A stretch of DNA of 64,000 nucleotides from Azolla caroliniana (lineage: Eukaryota > Plantae > Polypodiophyta): assembly GCA_043228905.1 (NCBI GenBank), contig JBHGNT010000132.1, positions 1 through 64,000 of the forward strand, read 5' to 3'. Below, in pieces: positions 60,001 through 64,000 of this stretch (position 1 is the stretch's first letter; each line of letters starts with the position of its first letter). Below the pieces are notes generated by a model. That model saw nothing but the letters and a program-made list of their open reading frames with translations. It was not told the origin of the DNA and made no database searches. The translations under genes were made by a program, and so were the position numbers.

Positions 60001-60300
60001 CGTCGTGTCTGTCGACCTGAGTTTCAAAATCTTGATTTTTTAATTCCATATCATAGCTAGCGTTGTTAGCTTCGATTCGCATGTTTGAACACAGAAATCG
60101 GATATCACACGAGCCAGGTATGAACATTTTAATTTACCTCCTAGCTCTTCTTAACTCACTCCTCAAATTTGGTAATTTCGTCATGTCTCTCGACTTGAGT
60201 TTCAAAATCTTGATTTTTTAATTCCCCATCATAGCTAGCGTTGTTAGCTTCGATTCGCATGTTTGAAAACAAAAATACGATATGACACGAGTCAGGTATG
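38700..60300 (+). repeat. Tandem duplication of a 60-monomer block (10,682 bp x2)
   Basis: ctcaaggggt at 39841/50523 and 43935/54617; cggatattac at 45321/56003; gagtgagg at 45511/56193. All offsets are 10,682 = 60 x 178 + 2. Confidence 0.92.
45500..49600 (+). repeat. 13-monomer repeat (2315 bp, about 1.8 copies) of divergent monomers; repeated at about 56180-60760
   Basis: gagtgagg at 45511/47826 and 56193/58508. Markers gcgtcttt, ttattcaa, catgattg and ccttag are confined to this block, which includes one 179-bp monomer (gttttaaaaatc). Confidence 0.88.
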
Positions 60301-61168
60301 AATATTTTAATTTACTCAAGGGCTCCTCTCAACTCACTCCTCAAATTTGGTAATTTCGTCATGTCTGTCAACCTTAGTTTCAAAATCTTGATTTTTTAAT
60401 TCCATATCATAACTAGCATTGGTAGCTTCGATTCGCATGTTTGAACACAAAAATCCGATATGACACGAGCCAGGTATGAACATTTTGATTTACTCAAGGG
60501 CTCCTCTCAACTCACTCCTCAAATTTGGTAATTTCGTCATGTCTCTCGACCTGAGTTTCAAAATCTTGATTTTCTAATTCCATATCATAGCTAGCGTTGT
60601 TAGCTTCGATTCGCATGTTTGAACACAAAACTCCGAAATGACACAAACCAGGTATGAACATTTTAATTTACTCAAGGGCTCCTCTCAACTCACTCCTCAA
60701 ATTTGGTAATTTCGTCATGTCTGTCGACTTGAGTTTCAAAATCTTGATTTTTTAATTCCATATCATAGCTAGCATTGTTAGCTTCGATTCGCATGTTTGA
60801 ACACAAAAATCCGATATCACACGAGCCAGGTATGAACTATTTAATTTACCTCCTAGCTCTTCTCAACTCACTACTCAAATTTGGAAATTTCGTCATGTCT
60901 CTCGACCTGAGTTTTAAAAATCTTGATTTTTTAATTCCATATAATAGCTAGCGCTGTTAGCTTCGATTCGCATGTTTGAACACAAAACTCCGATATCACA
61001 CGAGCCAGGTATGAACATTTTCATTTACTCAAGGGTTCTTCTCAACTCACTCCTCAAATTTGGTAATTTCGTCATGTCTGTCGACCTGAGTTTCAAAATC
61101 TTGATTTTTTAATTTCATATCATAGCTAGCGTTGTTAGCTTCGATTCGCATGTTTGAACACAAAAATC

Positions 61169-61320
61169 CGATATCACACGAGCCAGGTATGAACTATTTA
61201 ATTTACCTCCTAGCTCTTCTCAACTCACTCCTCAAATTTGGAAATTTCGTCATAGATTTTTTAATTCCATATCATAACTAGCGTTGTTAGCTTCGATTCG
61301 CATGTTTGAACACAAAAATC
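61169..61320 (+). repeat. Internally deleted monomer (152 bp)
   Basis: Reads ttcgtcat-a-gattttttaa: the 27 bp gtctctcgacctgagtttcaaaatctt is replaced by a single a at about 61254. Confidence 0.93.
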
Positions 61321-64000
61321 CGATATGACACGAGCCAGGTATGAACATTTTGATTTACTCAAGGGCTCCTCTCAACTCACCCCTCAAATTTGGTAAGTTC
61401 GTCATGTCTCTCGACCTGAGTTTAAAAATCTTGATTTTTTAATTCCATATCATAGGTAGTGTTGTTAGCTTCGATTTGCATGTTTGAACACAAAAATCCG
61501 ATATGACACGAGCCAGGTATGAACATTTTAATTTACTCAAGGGCTCCTCTCAACTCACTCCCTAAATTTGGTAATTTCGTCGTGTCTGTCGACCTGAGTT
61601 TTAAAATCTTGATTTTTTAATTCCATATCATAGCTAGCGTTGTTAGCTTCGATTCGCATGTTTGAACACAGAAATCCGATATCACACGAGCCAGGTATGA
61701 ACATTTTAATTTACCTCCTAGCTCTTCTTAACTCACTTCTCAAATTTGGTAATTTCGTCATGTCTCTCGACTTGAGTTTCAAAATCTTGATTTTTTAATT
61801 CCCCATCATAGCTAGCGTTGTTAGCTTCGATTCGCATGTTTGAAAACAAAAATACGATATGACACGAGTCAGGTATGAATATTTTAATTTACTCAAGGGC
61901 TCCTCTCAACTCACTCCTCAAATTTGGTAATTTCGTCATGTCTGTCAACCTGAGTTTCAAAATCTTGATTTTTTAATTCCATATCATAACTAGCATTGTT
62001 AGCTTCGATTCGCATGTTTGAACACAAAAATCCGATATGACACGAACCAGGTATGAACATTTTAATTTACTCAAGGGCTCCTCTCAACTCACTCCTCAAA
62101 TTTGGTAATTTCGTCATGTCTGTCGACTTGAGTTTCAAAATCTTGATTTTTTAATTCCATATCATAGCTAGCATTGTTAGCTTCGATTCGCATGTTTGAA
62201 CACAAAAATCCGATATCACACGAGCCAGGTATGAACTATTTAATTTACCTCCTAGCTCTTCTCAACTCACTCCTCAAATTTGGAAATTTCGTCATGTCTC
62301 TCGACCTGAGTTTCAAAATCTTGATTTTTTAATTCCATATAATAGCTAGCGCTGTTAGCTTCGATTCGCATGTTTGAACACAAAACTCCGATATGACACG
62401 AGCCAGGTATGAACATTTTAATTTACTCAAGGGCTCCTCTCAACTCACTACTCAAATTTGGTAATTTCGTCATGTCTGTCAACCTGAGTTTCAAAATCTT
62501 GATTTTTTAATTCCATATCATAGCTAGCGTTGTTAGCTTCGATTCGCATGTTTGAACACAAAACTCCGATATCACACGAGCCAGGTATGAACATTTTCAT
62601 TTACTCAAGGGCTCTTCTCAACTCACTCCTCAAATTTGGTAATTTCCTCATGTCTGTCGACCTGAGATTCAAAATCTTGATTTTTTAATTCCATATCATA
62701 ACTAGCGTTGTTAGCTTCGATTCGCATGTTTGAACACAAAAATCCGATATCACACGAGCTAGGTATGAACATTTTCGTTTACCCACTAGCTCGTCTTAAC
62801 TCACTCCTCAAATTTGGTAATTTCATCATGTCTCTCGACCTGAGTTTCTAAATCTTGATTTCTTAATTCCATATCATAGCTAGGGTTGTTAGCTTCGATT
62901 CGCATGTTTGAACACAAAAATCCGATATCACACGTGCCAGGTATGAACATTTTAATTTACTGAAGGGCTCCTCTCAACTCACTCCTCAAATTTGGTAATT
63001 TCTTCATGTCTCTCGACCTGAGTTTCAAAATCTTGATTTTTTAATTCCATATCATAGCTAGCATTGTTAGCTTCGATTCGCATGTTTGAACACAAAAATC
63101 CGATATCACACGAGCCAGGTATGAACTATTTAATTTACCTCCTAGCTCTTCTCAACTCACTCCTCAAATTTGGAAATTTTGTCATGTCTCTCGACCTGAG
63201 TTTCAAAATCTTGATTTTTTAATTCCATATAATAGCTAGCGTTGTTATCTTCGATTCGCATGTTTGAACACAAAACTCCGATATGACACGAGCCAGGTAT
63301 GAACATTTTAATTTACTCAAGGGCTCCTCTCAACTCACTACTCAAATTTGGTAATTTCGTCATGTCTGTCGACCTGAGTTTCAAAATCTTGATTTTTTAA
63401 TTCCATATCATAGCTAGCGTTGTTAGCTTCGATTCGCATGTTTGAACACAAAACTCCGATATCACACGAGCCAGGTATGAACATTTTCATTTACTCAAGG
63501 GCTCTTCTCAACTCACTCCTCAAATTTGGTAATTTCGTCATGTCTGTCGACCTGAGTTTCAAAATCTTGATTTTTTAATTCCATATCATAACTAGCGTTG
63601 TTAGCTTCGATTCGCAAGTTTGAACACAAAAATCCGATATCACACGAGCTAGGTATGAACATTTTCGTTTACCCACTAGCTGCTCTCAACTCACTCCTCA
63701 AATTTGGTAATTTCGTCATGTCTGTCGACCTGAGTTTCAAAATCTTGATTTTTTAATTCCATATCATAGCTAGCGTTGTTAGCTTCGATTCGCATATTTG
63801 AACACAAAAATCCGATATGACACGAGCTAGGTATGAATATTGTCGTTTACCCACTAGCTCGTCTTAACTCACTCCTCAAATTTGGTAATTTCATCATGTC
63901 TCTCGACCTGAGTTTCAAAATCTTCATTTTTTAATTCCATATCATAGCTAGCGTTGTTAGCTTCGATTCGCATGTTTGAACACAAAAATCCGATATGACA

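Larger units (their letters stand above)
642..64000 (+). repeat. Tandem satellite array, 178-bp monomer, about 356 copies; probable centromeric/heterochromatic eukaryotic satellite
   Basis: tcgacctgag recurs at 1443, 1621 and 1799; tcttgatttt recurs every 890 bp (5 monomers) at 1461, 2351, 3241, 4131 and onward. Anchor cgatat at 1531 and 36241 is exactly 195 x 178 apart. No non-satellite sequence seen. The centromeric role is inferred only. Confidence 0.98.

Noticed and set aside
642-64000. CRISPR-like array (conserved segment alternating with a variable segment)
   Set aside because: The variable parts are homologous alleles reused many times, not unique spacers; the unit is 178 bp; no cas genes are present.
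1-64000. Protein-coding repeat gene
   Set aside because: 178 is not a multiple of 3, so any frame cycles through all phases and meets the many taa/tag/tga triplets on both strands; no long ORF is possible.
642-64000. 5S rDNA, tRNA or snRNA tandem array
   Set aside because: No recognisable 5S sequence, tRNA cloverleaf or Pol III A/B/C boxes in the monomer.
642-64000. Monomer order as an information-bearing code
   Set aside because: Nested tandem duplication and in-register recombination account for the order; nothing in the sequence requires a functional code.

Overview
The whole 64 kb window is one tandem satellite array. The monomer is 178 bp and about 38% GC by hand count of the consensus: cgatatcacacgagccaggtatgaacattttcatttactcaagggctcctctcaactcactcctcaaatttggtaatttcgtcatgtctgtcgacctgagtttcaaaatcttgattttttaattccatatcatagctagcgttgttagcttcgattcgcatgtttgaacacaaaaatc. 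I see no genes, RNA genes, transposons or CRISPR. About 3.6 monomers (1-644) lie in the opposite orientation and join about 356 forward monomers (642-64000) at a microhomology junction. Recurrent monomer variants form nested higher-order repeats: 14-mer and 19-mer modules, plus tandem block duplications of 8, 36, 40, 23, 13 and 60 monomers. There are at least three sub-domains with different diagnostic variants. Monomer size, higher-order structure and CG/CHG-type C>T variants suggest a eukaryotic, probably plant, centromeric or heterochromatic satellite; that is inference, and I cannot name the species or family. I found no support for a novel gene-based system. The interest lies in the array architecture. 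Monomer letters (A-Z) are my own labels, assigned by eye.
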